From positions 1 through 56,145 of IMG/VR virus record IMGVR_UViG_3300048858_000111: a stretch of 56,145 nt of DNA; one strand, 5' to 3'. The stretch comes from a virus (Duplodnaviria; Caudoviricetes). Positions 25,548-33,606 of the stretch are shown in pieces (the first letter of the stretch is position 1; each line of letters starts with the position of its first letter). A program made the translations under genes and the position numbers. The notes beneath the pieces are model-generated. The model was not told the DNA's origin. It saw only the letters and a program-made list of their open reading frames with translations, and made no database searches.

Positions 25548-26951
25548 TTGCTCACTCAGACCAGCATCCCCGGGACCGACGACTGGTGGCTCATGCAGCT
25601 CGCCGTCGAGTGGGGCAAGGATCTCGTCCGCCTCGGGGAGCTGAAGCGCCGCCGCGACGGTGTCGCCGAGGCGCCGAACTGGGGCGACCCGGCGATGACG
25701 GCTGCCTACCAGAAGTTCGTAGAGCAGCGCCGGCTGAACGTGGCGAACCTGGTCGTAGAGGCGGGCGTGAACCGGGAGAAGCCCCTCGGCTTCAAGACGG
25801 CCGCTCCCGGTGACGACTTCGGCGACGCCGCGGCCATGGCCACATGGAACCGCTCGAACATGAAGGTCGGCGTCCGTGATTTCCTTGCCGACGCCGCCAC
25901 CTACGGCTCGGCGTTCATCACGGTTACGGGCTCAGCGCAGGCGGGCGCCGGCGGGACGTACTCGCACCCGTCGATGGTGCCGTCGAACGGGTGGAGCACG
26001 TGCACCCGCCAGTACGCCACCCAGCCGTGGCTCGCCGAGGCAGCGCTCACCGTCGGATTCGACCCGATCAACCAGGTCGACATCCTCACCCTGTTCCGGC
26101 CCGGGTACTGGCGCCAGGCCTTCCGGCGCACGCGCGGCACCTCCTCCCTGCCCACGGATGGCACCGTGTGGTCGCCGGGCCGCGGCTGGGAATGGGTCTC
26201 TGACCCTGTGCCACTCGGTTTCACCAACGAGGTCAACGTCGTCCGGATGGACATGGACGGCCGCAAGGGCGTCTTCGAGCGCCACCTCGACACTCTCCGC
26301 CGCATCGATCAGACCATCCTCGACCGCATCACCATCACCGCGATGCAGGCCTTCCGGCAGCGCGCGCTCAAGGGCGACCTCCCGAAGGTGTACCCGCCGG
26401 AGCACCCCCACGCGGGCGAGACGATCGACTACAACGACATCTTCAAGGCGGGCCCCGCCGCGCTCTGGCTCACTGGCAGCGCCGAGATCTGGGAATCGTC
26501 GGTCACGGACATCACCCCCATCCTGGAGGCCACGAAGTCCGACTTCCGGAACCTCGCCGCCGTGACATCCACGCCGATGTACATCCTCTCGCCCGAGATG
26601 GCGAACGGATCGGCGGAGGGAGCATCCCTGGCTCGAGAGGGCCTGGTGTTCCGAGTCGAGGCCGACATGGACCGTGCGTCGGCCACATTTGCGCTCGCGC
26701 ACTCGCTGGCCTTCCAGGCGCAGCGGGACGCGGCCCGAGCGGACGCCTCGCAGATCGAGACGATCTGGGCTCCGGCCGACCGCTCGTCGATCACCGAGCG
26801 CGCGTCGGCGTCGTCGCAGGCGAAGGCTGGCGGTCTGTCGCAGCGGATGATCAACGAGAAGGTCTTCCAGCTCACCCCGGCGGAGATCGAGCTCGAGCGG
26901 CAGTACAAGCAGGATGAGGCGTTCGACGTGCCGGTCGCGGCTGCCAGCTGA
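25548..26951 (+). CDS. Portal protein
   Basis: Follows terL; GAGGAGG RBS with TTG start; QAFRQRA, NGSAEGASL.REGL.F. Confidence 0.88.
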   Translation: MLTQTSIPGTDDWWLMQLAVEWGKDLVRLGELKRRRDGVAEAPNWGDPAMTAAYQKFVEQRRLNVANLVVEAGVNREKPLGFKTAAPGDDFGDAAAMATWNRSNMKVGVRDFLADAATYGSAFITVTGSAQAGAGGTYSHPSMVPSNGWSTCTRQYATQPWLAEAALTVGFDPINQVDILTLFRPGYWRQAFRRTRGTSSLPTDGTVWSPGRGWEWVSDPVPLGFTNEVNVVRMDMDGRKGVFERHLDTLRRIDQTILDRITITAMQAFRQRALKGDLPKVYPPEHPHAGETIDYNDIFKAGPAALWLTGSAEIWESSVTDITPILEATKSDFRNLAAVTSTPMYILSPEMANGSAEGASLAREGLVFRVEADMDRASATFALAHSLAFQAQRDAARADASQIETIWAPADRSSITERASASSQAKAGGLSQRMINEKVFQLTPAEIELERQYKQDEAFDVPVAAAS

Positions 26952-27988
26952 TGGCCGGCGACGTCGAACGCATCCAGCGGCTGACGGAGAGGCACGCAGA
27001 GCAGAGGCGCGCTCTCATTGTGCAGTTGGTTCGTCTACTCCTGGGTCTGTGGGGCGATTTCAGCGGCTGGACGGACCAGCGCCTGGTCACGGGCCAGACC
27101 GCTGGCTCAGCGAACCTGGTCGACGCCGCGCTGTCCCGCACGCGGCTGCTCAGCCGGTCGTACATCAGCGCCGTGCTCTCCGAGATGGGAGTGCGGGACC
27201 TCCGGCTCCCGCCGACGGTCGACCTGTACCCCAGATCGGGCGTGAGCGAACTCGCCGTCTACGCCCGACCCGTGAAGCAGTACCTCTACCAGCAGTCCAT
27301 CGGGGCCTCCGTCGCCGACGCGACCACCGCGGCGATGGACCGGCTCGAGGAGATCGCCACCCTCGACGTGAAGGCCGTCGACAGGGACGAAGCGCGAGTC
27401 GTTTACGAGGCGGTGGCGAGAGTCACCGGGTACCGGCGGGTGATTCACCCCGAGCTGTCCGAGACAGGCACCTGCGGCCTCTGCCTCGTCGCCTCGCAGC
27501 GGGTCTACGCCTCCGACGAGTTGCAGCCCCTCCACGGGCCGTCCTGCAACTGCGACACCCTCCCGATCGTGGCCGGCGACGACCCCGGGTTCCGTGTGAA
27601 CGACAACGACCTGAAGGCCATCTACGACGTGGCGGGCAGCACCGCTGCCGAGGATCTCCTGAACACCAGGATCACCATCAACGAGCACGGCGAGCTTGGT
27701 CCGATCCTCACGAAGAAGGGCGACCACTTCCGGGGCCCCAGCGAGGCGGGCCACCCTGCCTACGTGCCACCGACGCCCGCGAGCGTCCGTGCTGAGAAGG
27801 CCCGGGAGCGCGACGTGCTCGCGGCCGAACTCGGGCTCGCTGAAGCCGCTTACGAGGTGCTGCGCGACGCGGACCCCGCCGGTGTTCCGCCGGGCGGCGA
27901 CGCCGGGCTGCGGATGTTCCGTGCGGCGAAGAGCATGCGCGAGCGGATGCAACTCCTCGACCGGGTCATCGCCACGCTCCCCGAATAG
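26951..27988 (+). CDS. Head morphogenesis (MuF-like) protein
   Basis: GYRRVIHPE....TCGLCLVAS...PLH...CNC...PI. Confidence 0.72.
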   Translation: MAGDVERIQRLTERHAEQRRALIVQLVRLLLGLWGDFSGWTDQRLVTGQTAGSANLVDAALSRTRLLSRSYISAVLSEMGVRDLRLPPTVDLYPRSGVSELAVYARPVKQYLYQQSIGASVADATTAAMDRLEEIATLDVKAVDRDEARVVYEAVARVTGYRRVIHPELSETGTCGLCLVASQRVYASDELQPLHGPSCNCDTLPIVAGDDPGFRVNDNDLKAIYDVAGSTAAEDLLNTRITINEHGELGPILTKKGDHFRGPSEAGHPAYVPPTPASVRAEKARERDVLAAELGLAEAAYEVLRDADPAGVPPGGDAGLRMFRAAKSMRERMQLLDRVIATLPE

Positions 27989-28055
27989 ACCACCGGCCAC
28001 CGGCCGGCCCCGCCCGCCACGGGCACAATCCACCGACACGGAGGACCAACCACCC

Positions 28056-28706
28056 ATGTTCCGCATCAACGCCTTCGGGCAGCGCATCCCGACCAACCCG
28101 CGTCTCGTGTTCCACTCGGACCCCGACGCGCCGCCGTCGGGAGGCAACCCCGCGGACCAGCCTGTCGACCTCGGCTTCCCGGCGAACACGCCGGTGGCGG
28201 AGATGACGACGGAGCAGCAGGTCGCCTACTGGAAGCACAACGCGCGGAAGCACGAGAAGACCGCGACCGCGCGCGCCGACTACGACCAGCTGAAGGCTGA
28301 CTCGGCCGAGCTGGCACAGCTCAGGGCCGCGAACGCCACCGAGCAGGATAAGGCACTGGATGAGGCTCGCCGCGACGGCGAGAACATCGGCGCCGCACGG
28401 TACCTGAAGCAAGCCGTCATGGGGCGCTTCCAGGGCCTCACCGGGAAGGACACCGCCGAGGTCGACACGATCTTCGCGCACGTCGATCCCACCTCCTTCA
28501 CGGACGCGAACGGCGACATCGACGCCGACGCACTCGCGAAGTACGCCGCAACCTTCGGGAAGAAGGAAGACGGCAACATCCCGCCCACGGATCCTGTCAA
28601 GGCCGCCCTGGAAAGGACGCAGAACCCCGGCGCGGCTGGCGGAAGCGGAGGCGGGTCGATCGCCCAGCTGAAGCAGCAGCGCAAGGAAGCACACCAGAAG
28701 AAGTAA
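28056..28706 (+). CDS. Scaffolding protein
   Basis: YWKH.ARKHE, coiled coil; upstream of capsid genes. Confidence 0.75.
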   Translation: MFRINAFGQRIPTNPRLVFHSDPDAPPSGGNPADQPVDLGFPANTPVAEMTTEQQVAYWKHNARKHEKTATARADYDQLKADSAELAQLRAANATEQDKALDEARRDGENIGAARYLKQAVMGRFQGLTGKDTAEVDTIFAHVDPTSFTDANGDIDADALAKYAATFGKKEDGNIPPTDPVKAALERTQNPGAAGGSGGGSIAQLKQQRKEAHQKK

Positions 28707-28729
28707 CCACCTACTGAGAGGAATCCATC

Positions 28730-29158
28730 ATGGATCTCACCCCCGTGGTGACCTCGACGGGCGGTTCGGACAAGACGTGGCTCGCGTCCGACCATGGGCT
28801 GGGCAACGCGCTCACCCGCACCCTCGATGTCTCCAAGTTCACCAGCGGCACCCACTACGACGCCAGCACGAAGGTGCTGAAGTCGGGCATCGGCATCGCG
28901 AAGATCACCGCGTCGGGGCTCTACGGCCCCTACGACACGACCGCTTCCGATGGCCGGCAGACCGCGCTCGACAGCTTCACCGCCAACGAGGAGCCGCTGC
29001 TGCTCTCGAACGGATCGACGTCGACCAAGGTCGCAGTCGCCGCCGTCCGCCACGCCATCATCAACCAGCCGAACCTCCCGATCGCTGCCCAGCGCGCGGC
29101 CGGGGCGTCCGACGTCGCGACGGCCACCACCGGTGGTCAGTTCATCTTCGAGAACTAG
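28730..29158 (+). CDS. Head decoration protein
   Basis: LKSG....KITASGLYGPYD..ASDGRQ. Confidence 0.75.
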   Translation: MDLTPVVTSTGGSDKTWLASDHGLGNALTRTLDVSKFTSGTHYDASTKVLKSGIGIAKITASGLYGPYDTTASDGRQTALDSFTANEEPLLLSNGSTSTKVAVAAVRHAIINQPNLPIAAQRAAGASDVATATTGGQFIFEN

Positions 29159-29169
29159 GAGGGCCCGGA

Positions 29170-30204
29170 ATGGTCTACTCGTCTGCATTCCGCACCGCCA
29201 CCCAGCTCACCGCGGCCGCTCGCGCTGCCGCCGAGCTGACGGCGGAGAGCTACCAGCTCTCCTCGTGGCTGCCCGCCCGCGACAACTTCGGGCTCTCGTT
29301 CAACTTCGACATCAACGCGTTGTCGCTGAACGAGGCGGCCACCTACCGGGCGTTCGACACCGAGGCGCCCTTCGGTTCGACCCCCGGCGCCCAGTCCCGC
29401 GCCGGCAAGCTCCCCCCGATCAGCCGCAAGCTGCGCGTCACGGAGTTCGACCAGCTCAGCCTCTACGGACAGACCGACGCCATCGGCCAGAAGTTCGAGG
29501 ACTACGCCGAGCGCCTCGGCGGCCAGATCGCCGCCCGCGTCGCGCTCGCGCAGGGCCAGGCAGTCGAGACCGGAACGATCGTCCTGAACGAGAACAAGCT
29601 CTCGTTCACGATCGACTTCGGCCGCGCCTCGGGTCACACCGTCACCGCGGCGGCCGTCTGGTCCCTCACCGCTACCGACGCGCTGACCGACCTCCTCACC
29701 TACAAGGCGGTGTACGTCGCCACGAACGGCTTCCCCCCGGCCGTGGCGATGATGTCGACGTCGATCATGTCGGCCCTGCAGAAGAACACCTCCATCATCA
29801 AGGCGTTCTGGGGTCGCGGGACCGACGTCTCGGGCATCATCAGCATCGACCAGGTGCGATCGGTGTTCGCCTCGTTCGGTCTCGGCCGCATCGTCATCAA
29901 CGACGACCAGGTCAAGGTCGGCGCGTCCAGCACCCGCCTCATCTCCGCCGACAAGCTGATCTTCCTCCCCGAGGAAGGTGGCATCCAGCTCGGCGGCGCC
30001 GGCGGCGCGCTCGGCGGCACCGACTGGGGCATCCCGGCCGAAGCCATCAACCCGACCTACGGCATCACCGATGCCGACAAGTCGGGTGTGTTCTCGGCAG
30101 CCTTCCACGACGACGACCCCGAGGGCCACAACGTGCTCGCGTCGGCCATCGTCCTCCCCGTGCTCGAGTCGGCGAACGCCACGTTCGCCGCCGACGTCCT
30201 CTGA
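29170..30204 (+). CDS. Major capsid protein
   Basis: A.YRAFDTEAP, LPPISRK, IDFGR; position in head operon. Confidence 0.88.
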   Translation: MVYSSAFRTATQLTAAARAAAELTAESYQLSSWLPARDNFGLSFNFDINALSLNEAATYRAFDTEAPFGSTPGAQSRAGKLPPISRKLRVTEFDQLSLYGQTDAIGQKFEDYAERLGGQIAARVALAQGQAVETGTIVLNENKLSFTIDFGRASGHTVTAAAVWSLTATDALTDLLTYKAVYVATNGFPPAVAMMSTSIMSALQKNTSIIKAFWGRGTDVSGIISIDQVRSVFASFGLGRIVINDDQVKVGASSTRLISADKLIFLPEEGGIQLGGAGGALGGTDWGIPAEAINPTYGITDADKSGVFSAAFHDDDPEGHNVLASAIVLPVLESANATFAADVL

Positions 30205-30215
30205 GAGGAGCAGTC

Positions 30216-30608
30216 ATGGCTGACAAGAAGCAGGTGCTCGCCACCGACGTGCACGTCACGAACAAGGACGGCGAGTCCAAGCTGCTCCGCGCGGGTTCCG
30301 AGCTGCCCTCGTGGGCGACGAAGCTCGTCACGAACAAGAAGGCGCTCGTCCAGGTCGAGGAAGCCCCCGCGGGCGACTCCGGAACCGGCGGGCAGGTGGG
30401 GACCGATCCCGGTTCGCAGACTCCGCCTGAGACGCCCTACGTGGCCAAGCGGGAGGGCGTCGAGGACGTCCAGCCGTACGACGCGTGGGCGTACCACGAC
30501 CTGCAGGCCGAGTCCATCGGGCGGAAGCTCGAGGGCGGCGGTGCGGGGAAGGCCGACGAGATCGTCGCACGGCTGAAGGCCGACGACGCCGCTCAGGCAC
30601 AGCAGTAA
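30216..30608 (+). CDS. Head-associated hypothetical protein
   Basis: GAGGAG RBS; AG..LP.WA....TN. Confidence 0.65.
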   Translation: MADKKQVLATDVHVTNKDGESKLLRAGSELPSWATKLVTNKKALVQVEEAPAGDSGTGGQVGTDPGSQTPPETPYVAKREGVEDVQPYDAWAYHDLQAESIGRKLEGGGAGKADEIVARLKADDAAQAQQ

Positions 30609-30623
30609 CGGAAGGGGGCCACG

Positions 30624-31019
30624 GTGACTCTGCCAGCAGTCGCAACCACCGAGCTCGAGAACCGCTACGAGGGAGACCTCGCGGAGTTCCGGGCCCAGTA
30701 CATCACGACGAAGCTCGCCGACGCCGTGGCCCTCATCCAGCAGCACTACCCGGAAGTCGAGGCTCGCCTCGGCGACGGGAGGCTGCTCACCCAGAACTAC
30801 AACCGCGTCGTGTGCGACGTCGTCCTCCGTGTCATCCGCAACCCGGGCGGCTTCACCAATGAGGGCGACGGCGGCTACTCGTACGGGCGCCGCGTCGTGG
30901 TCGCATCCGGAGACATCTGGCTCACCGACGGCGACGTCGATCTACTCTTCGGACGTGTCCAGGTCGCCGACATGGGGACCGCCAGCGTGGGCGTGCACGT
31001 GCCGCCGTGGTCCCGATGA
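30624..31019 (+). CDS. Head-to-tail adaptor
   Basis: VV.DVVLRV.RNP.G...E..G.YSY. Confidence 0.8.
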   Translation: MTLPAVATTELENRYEGDLAEFRAQYITTKLADAVALIQQHYPEVEARLGDGRLLTQNYNRVVCDVVLRVIRNPGGFTNEGDGGYSYGRRVVVASGDIWLTDGDVDLLFGRVQVADMGTASVGVHVPPWSR

Positions 31020-31360
31020 GTGGCCTGCTCGACGGCCGCCACACGGTCGAAGTGCAGCTCCGCGAGGCTGCCGCTGGCTCTCTCGGTCAGAAGAAGTACT
31101 CGAACGTCGGTGATCGACTTCCCATCCGGGGGAACCTGCAGCCGCTTTCCTCCGACGAGATCCTCGCCAACGGCCTTCAGAACGAGATCACGCGGCGGTT
31201 CTCGGGGAGGACTTGGCCAGGCGACAGCACCTCCCTCGTCTACACCGACGGGTGGGAGTGGTCGCCAGTCGGGGAGCCCGAGCACTTCGGGATGTCCCCA
31301 CGCACCGCGCACTACGTGGTGATCCTGAAGCGGGGAGCGAAGGATGGCGCAGGTCAATAA
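31016..31360 (+). CDS. Head-to-tail stopper
   Basis: Position; WPG...S.V...G..W..VGEP. Confidence 0.7.
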   Translation: MSGLLDGRHTVEVQLREAAAGSLGQKKYSNVGDRLPIRGNLQPLSSDEILANGLQNEITRRFSGRTWPGDSTSLVYTDGWEWSPVGEPEHFGMSPRTAHYVVILKRGAKDGAGQ

Positions 31361-31688
31361 GAGCGCCGGCATCATCGCCGCGCGCATCGCGGGGGAGTCG
31401 TCCGCGATGGACCTCGCCGCGCTCGTAGTCCTCGGCCGCGTGAAGATGGTCGCCTCCCGGTACCGCCTCACCGGCGGCTACATGGCCGCCCTCGCTGTGT
31501 CGAAGGTCCGCGGCAGGAACGGCGTGAAGGACCGCCTCGTGTCCGCGACCGACCCGGCCGCGGTGTCGATCGAGTACGGCCACTACGCCGTCCGCAAACG
31601 GCGCCTCGGCTCCCGACGGGTGTCTACGGGCGTTGTGCGGTGGGTGCCCGGGCAGTACATCATGACGAAGGCGCGAGGGATGCTCTGA
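31344..31688 (+). CDS. Neck/tail-completion protein
   Basis: A.SIEYGH, VPGQYIMT.A. Confidence 0.65.
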   Translation: MAQVNKSAGIIAARIAGESSAMDLAALVVLGRVKMVASRYRLTGGYMAALAVSKVRGRNGVKDRLVSATDPAAVSIEYGHYAVRKRRLGSRRVSTGVVRWVPGQYIMTKARGML

Positions 31689-32116
31689 TGATCGACGCCG
31701 AGAAGCTCATCTACGACCTCCTCACCCGCGACCTGGACGACGGCGTCACGGTCATGCCGGCCATCGACGTCGACGTCATGGACACCCTCCCGCTCGTCAC
31801 CTTCCACGTCACAGTGGGGCAGGCGATCGACAACTCGTCACCGCCACAGGGATGGGTCGTCACCCTCAATCTCGACGTGTTCGACGACGACCTGGACGAC
31901 GCGAAGAACCTCAGCTTCGCCCTTTACGACGTCGTCTGGGCGTGGGGGAACGGCTTCGCCAATCCGCCCGCCCTCATCGAGGACGTGGGCGGCGTCGCCC
32001 ACGACTCCGTCGACGACAACTCGATCTTCACCCGCGTCTTGACCGTCGAGGTCGAGTCCAAGCGGGTGACGCAATACGCAGGCAGCTTCGAGCTCACCCT
32101 GCGGCCGAGCAAGTAG
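31688..32116 (+). CDS. Tail terminator
   Basis: Acidic; immediately before major tail gene. Confidence 0.65.
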   Translation: MIDAEKLIYDLLTRDLDDGVTVMPAIDVDVMDTLPLVTFHVTVGQAIDNSSPPQGWVVTLNLDVFDDDLDDAKNLSFALYDVVWAWGNGFANPPALIEDVGGVAHDSVDDNSIFTRVLTVEVESKRVTQYAGSFELTLRPSK

Positions 32117-32171
32117 CACCCCGTCTCCATCACCGCTCCCGCGGTGGGTCCGCCAACCACAAGGAGACATC

Positions 32172-32726
32172 ATGGCCCTCGACGGATCCGCCGTCTTTCT
32201 GCCCGGTCGCGGCATCCCGTTCATCGGCGCTGTCGATACCGAACCGCCCGCCTACAAGACCATGACCCCGGCGACGCCCGGGTCCGGCTGGTCGGCGCTC
32301 GGGCACACCTCGCGCGAGAACAACGTGTCGCTCACGAAGAACGGCGGCGACGCCACCACGGTGGGCACCTGGTGGGAGCCCGCGTTCCGCACCACGTACG
32401 CCGACACCACCTGGTCGATCACGGTCAACGCGCTCCAGATGGACGAGAACACTCTCGACCTCGCGTTCGGCGGCGCGCTCGACACCGACGACGGATACAT
32501 CGTCCCGTCGAACATCGCGGCCGTCGACCGGGCCCTGTTCATCCTGTGCCTCGACGGCACCGACCGGATGGGTCTCTACCTGCCCCACGTCTCGCTGACC
32601 ATCGGCGACGCCCCGGCGTTCGACCCGACGAAGTTCTTCGAGATCCCGCTTTCCGCTGCCGTCCTCGGTTCCGAGGACCTCGGGGGAATCATGAAGTGGT
32701 TCCACCCGGCTCTCGAAGCGGCGTAG
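32172..32726 (+). CDS. Major tail protein
   Basis: W..LGHTS.EN, AAGGAG RBS; precedes chaperones. Confidence 0.85.
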   Translation: MALDGSAVFLPGRGIPFIGAVDTEPPAYKTMTPATPGSGWSALGHTSRENNVSLTKNGGDATTVGTWWEPAFRTTYADTTWSITVNALQMDENTLDLAFGGALDTDDGYIVPSNIAAVDRALFILCLDGTDRMGLYLPHVSLTIGDAPAFDPTKFFEIPLSAAVLGSEDLGGIMKWFHPALEAA

Positions 32727-32814
32727 CGGCACGACTTCCCGCCAGGTGATGGAATGCGGACCCGCCTGGCGGGGAGACCCCCTCTGAGGTCCGCGCACAT
32801 CGAAAGGGTCCGCA

Positions 32815-33225
32815 ATGACCAGCAAGCCGAAGAAGCCGCAGGACCACAAGGCGCCGAAGAGTGAACAGCTCGCAGCGGAGGCCAACCCGCCCACCGGCGC
32901 CGAGCTCCTGAAGCCCGCCCACGAGCTTCCCTCGTGGGACCGCCTCGACGTCACCGCGACGCTCATGGAGTCGATGAAGATGCTCGGCATCGACCTCGGC
33001 GCCACACCTGAGGAGGGTGAAGAGGCGCCGGAGTTCGAGCTCGACACCGAAGACGTCGAGTCGCTGCGCGCCATCGCGAAGATGCAGCGATCGCTGCTGT
33101 TCGCCGCGAAGGACCAGGCCAAGTTCACCCGCTTCGCGACCGGCCCGGACGCGATCTCCGAGGTCACCGAGCTGGCCATGTGGTTCCTCGGTGAACTGGG
33201 GAAATCCGAAGGCTCTGCGAGCTAG
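32815..33225 (+). CDS. Tail assembly chaperone (G)
   Basis: KKPQDHK N-terminus; slippery site near the end. Confidence 0.8.
   Translation: MTSKPKKPQDHKAPKSEQLAAEANPPTGAELLKPAHELPSWDRLDVTATLMESMKMLGIDLGATPEEGEEAPEFELDTEDVESLRAIAKMQRSLLFAAKDQAKFTRFATGPDAISEVTELAMWFLGELGKSEGSAS
33198..33204 (+). other. Programmed -1 frameshift site G GGG AAA
   Basis: -1 frame continues IRRLCELVDEFGDELRGDFQEFYQLDL, in frame with ORF 33291-33593. Confidence 0.75.
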
Positions 33226-33593
33226 TCGACGAATTCGGGGACGAGCTGCGTGGGGACTTCCAGGAGTTCTACCAGCTCGACCTCGTCGACGTGTGGCGCG
33301 GCACCATCACGGTGACCCGCGCTCTCGACCTCGCAGAGCTTCTGCACACCACCCCGCGCTCAAGGTACCGGGCCGCTCTGCTGCGTGACCCCCGCTGGCT
33401 CGACTGGTCGGGTCAGTCGGCGATCCTCGCCGACCTCGTCGACGCGCTCAAGGAGAACACCGTCTCCATGATCCAGCTGATGGGGGGCCAAGCCAACGCG
33501 AAGCCCTACCCGCGGCCGAAGCGAGGCGGGGAACCGCCCGCGCAGAAGATCGCCGATTTCCCCATCCGGGAGCTGGTGAACATGACTTCCTGA
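33204..33593 (+). CDS. Tail assembly chaperone frameshift extension (T)
   Basis: L..D.QEFY.LDL...KPYPRP; directly before tape measure. Confidence 0.78.
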   Translation: MRRLCELVDEFGDELRGDFQEFYQLDLVDVWRGTITVTRALDLAELLHTTPRSRYRAALLRDPRWLDWSGQSAILADLVDALKENTVSMIQLMGGQANAKPYPRPKRGGEPPAQKIADFPIRELVNMTS

Positions 33594-33606
33594 GGAGGGC
33601 CCCGGT

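Noticed and set aside
23330-25555. 741-aa minus-strand ORF and similar long shadows (34188-35741, 53932-55389, 15544-16773, 4416-5438)
   Set aside because: Antisense to clear genes, no motifs or RBS; expected artefact of GC-rich codon usage
33198-33593. Tail chaperone frameshift as a novel finding or pseudogene
   Set aside because: Standard programmed -1 frameshift of long-tailed phages; listed as a feature only
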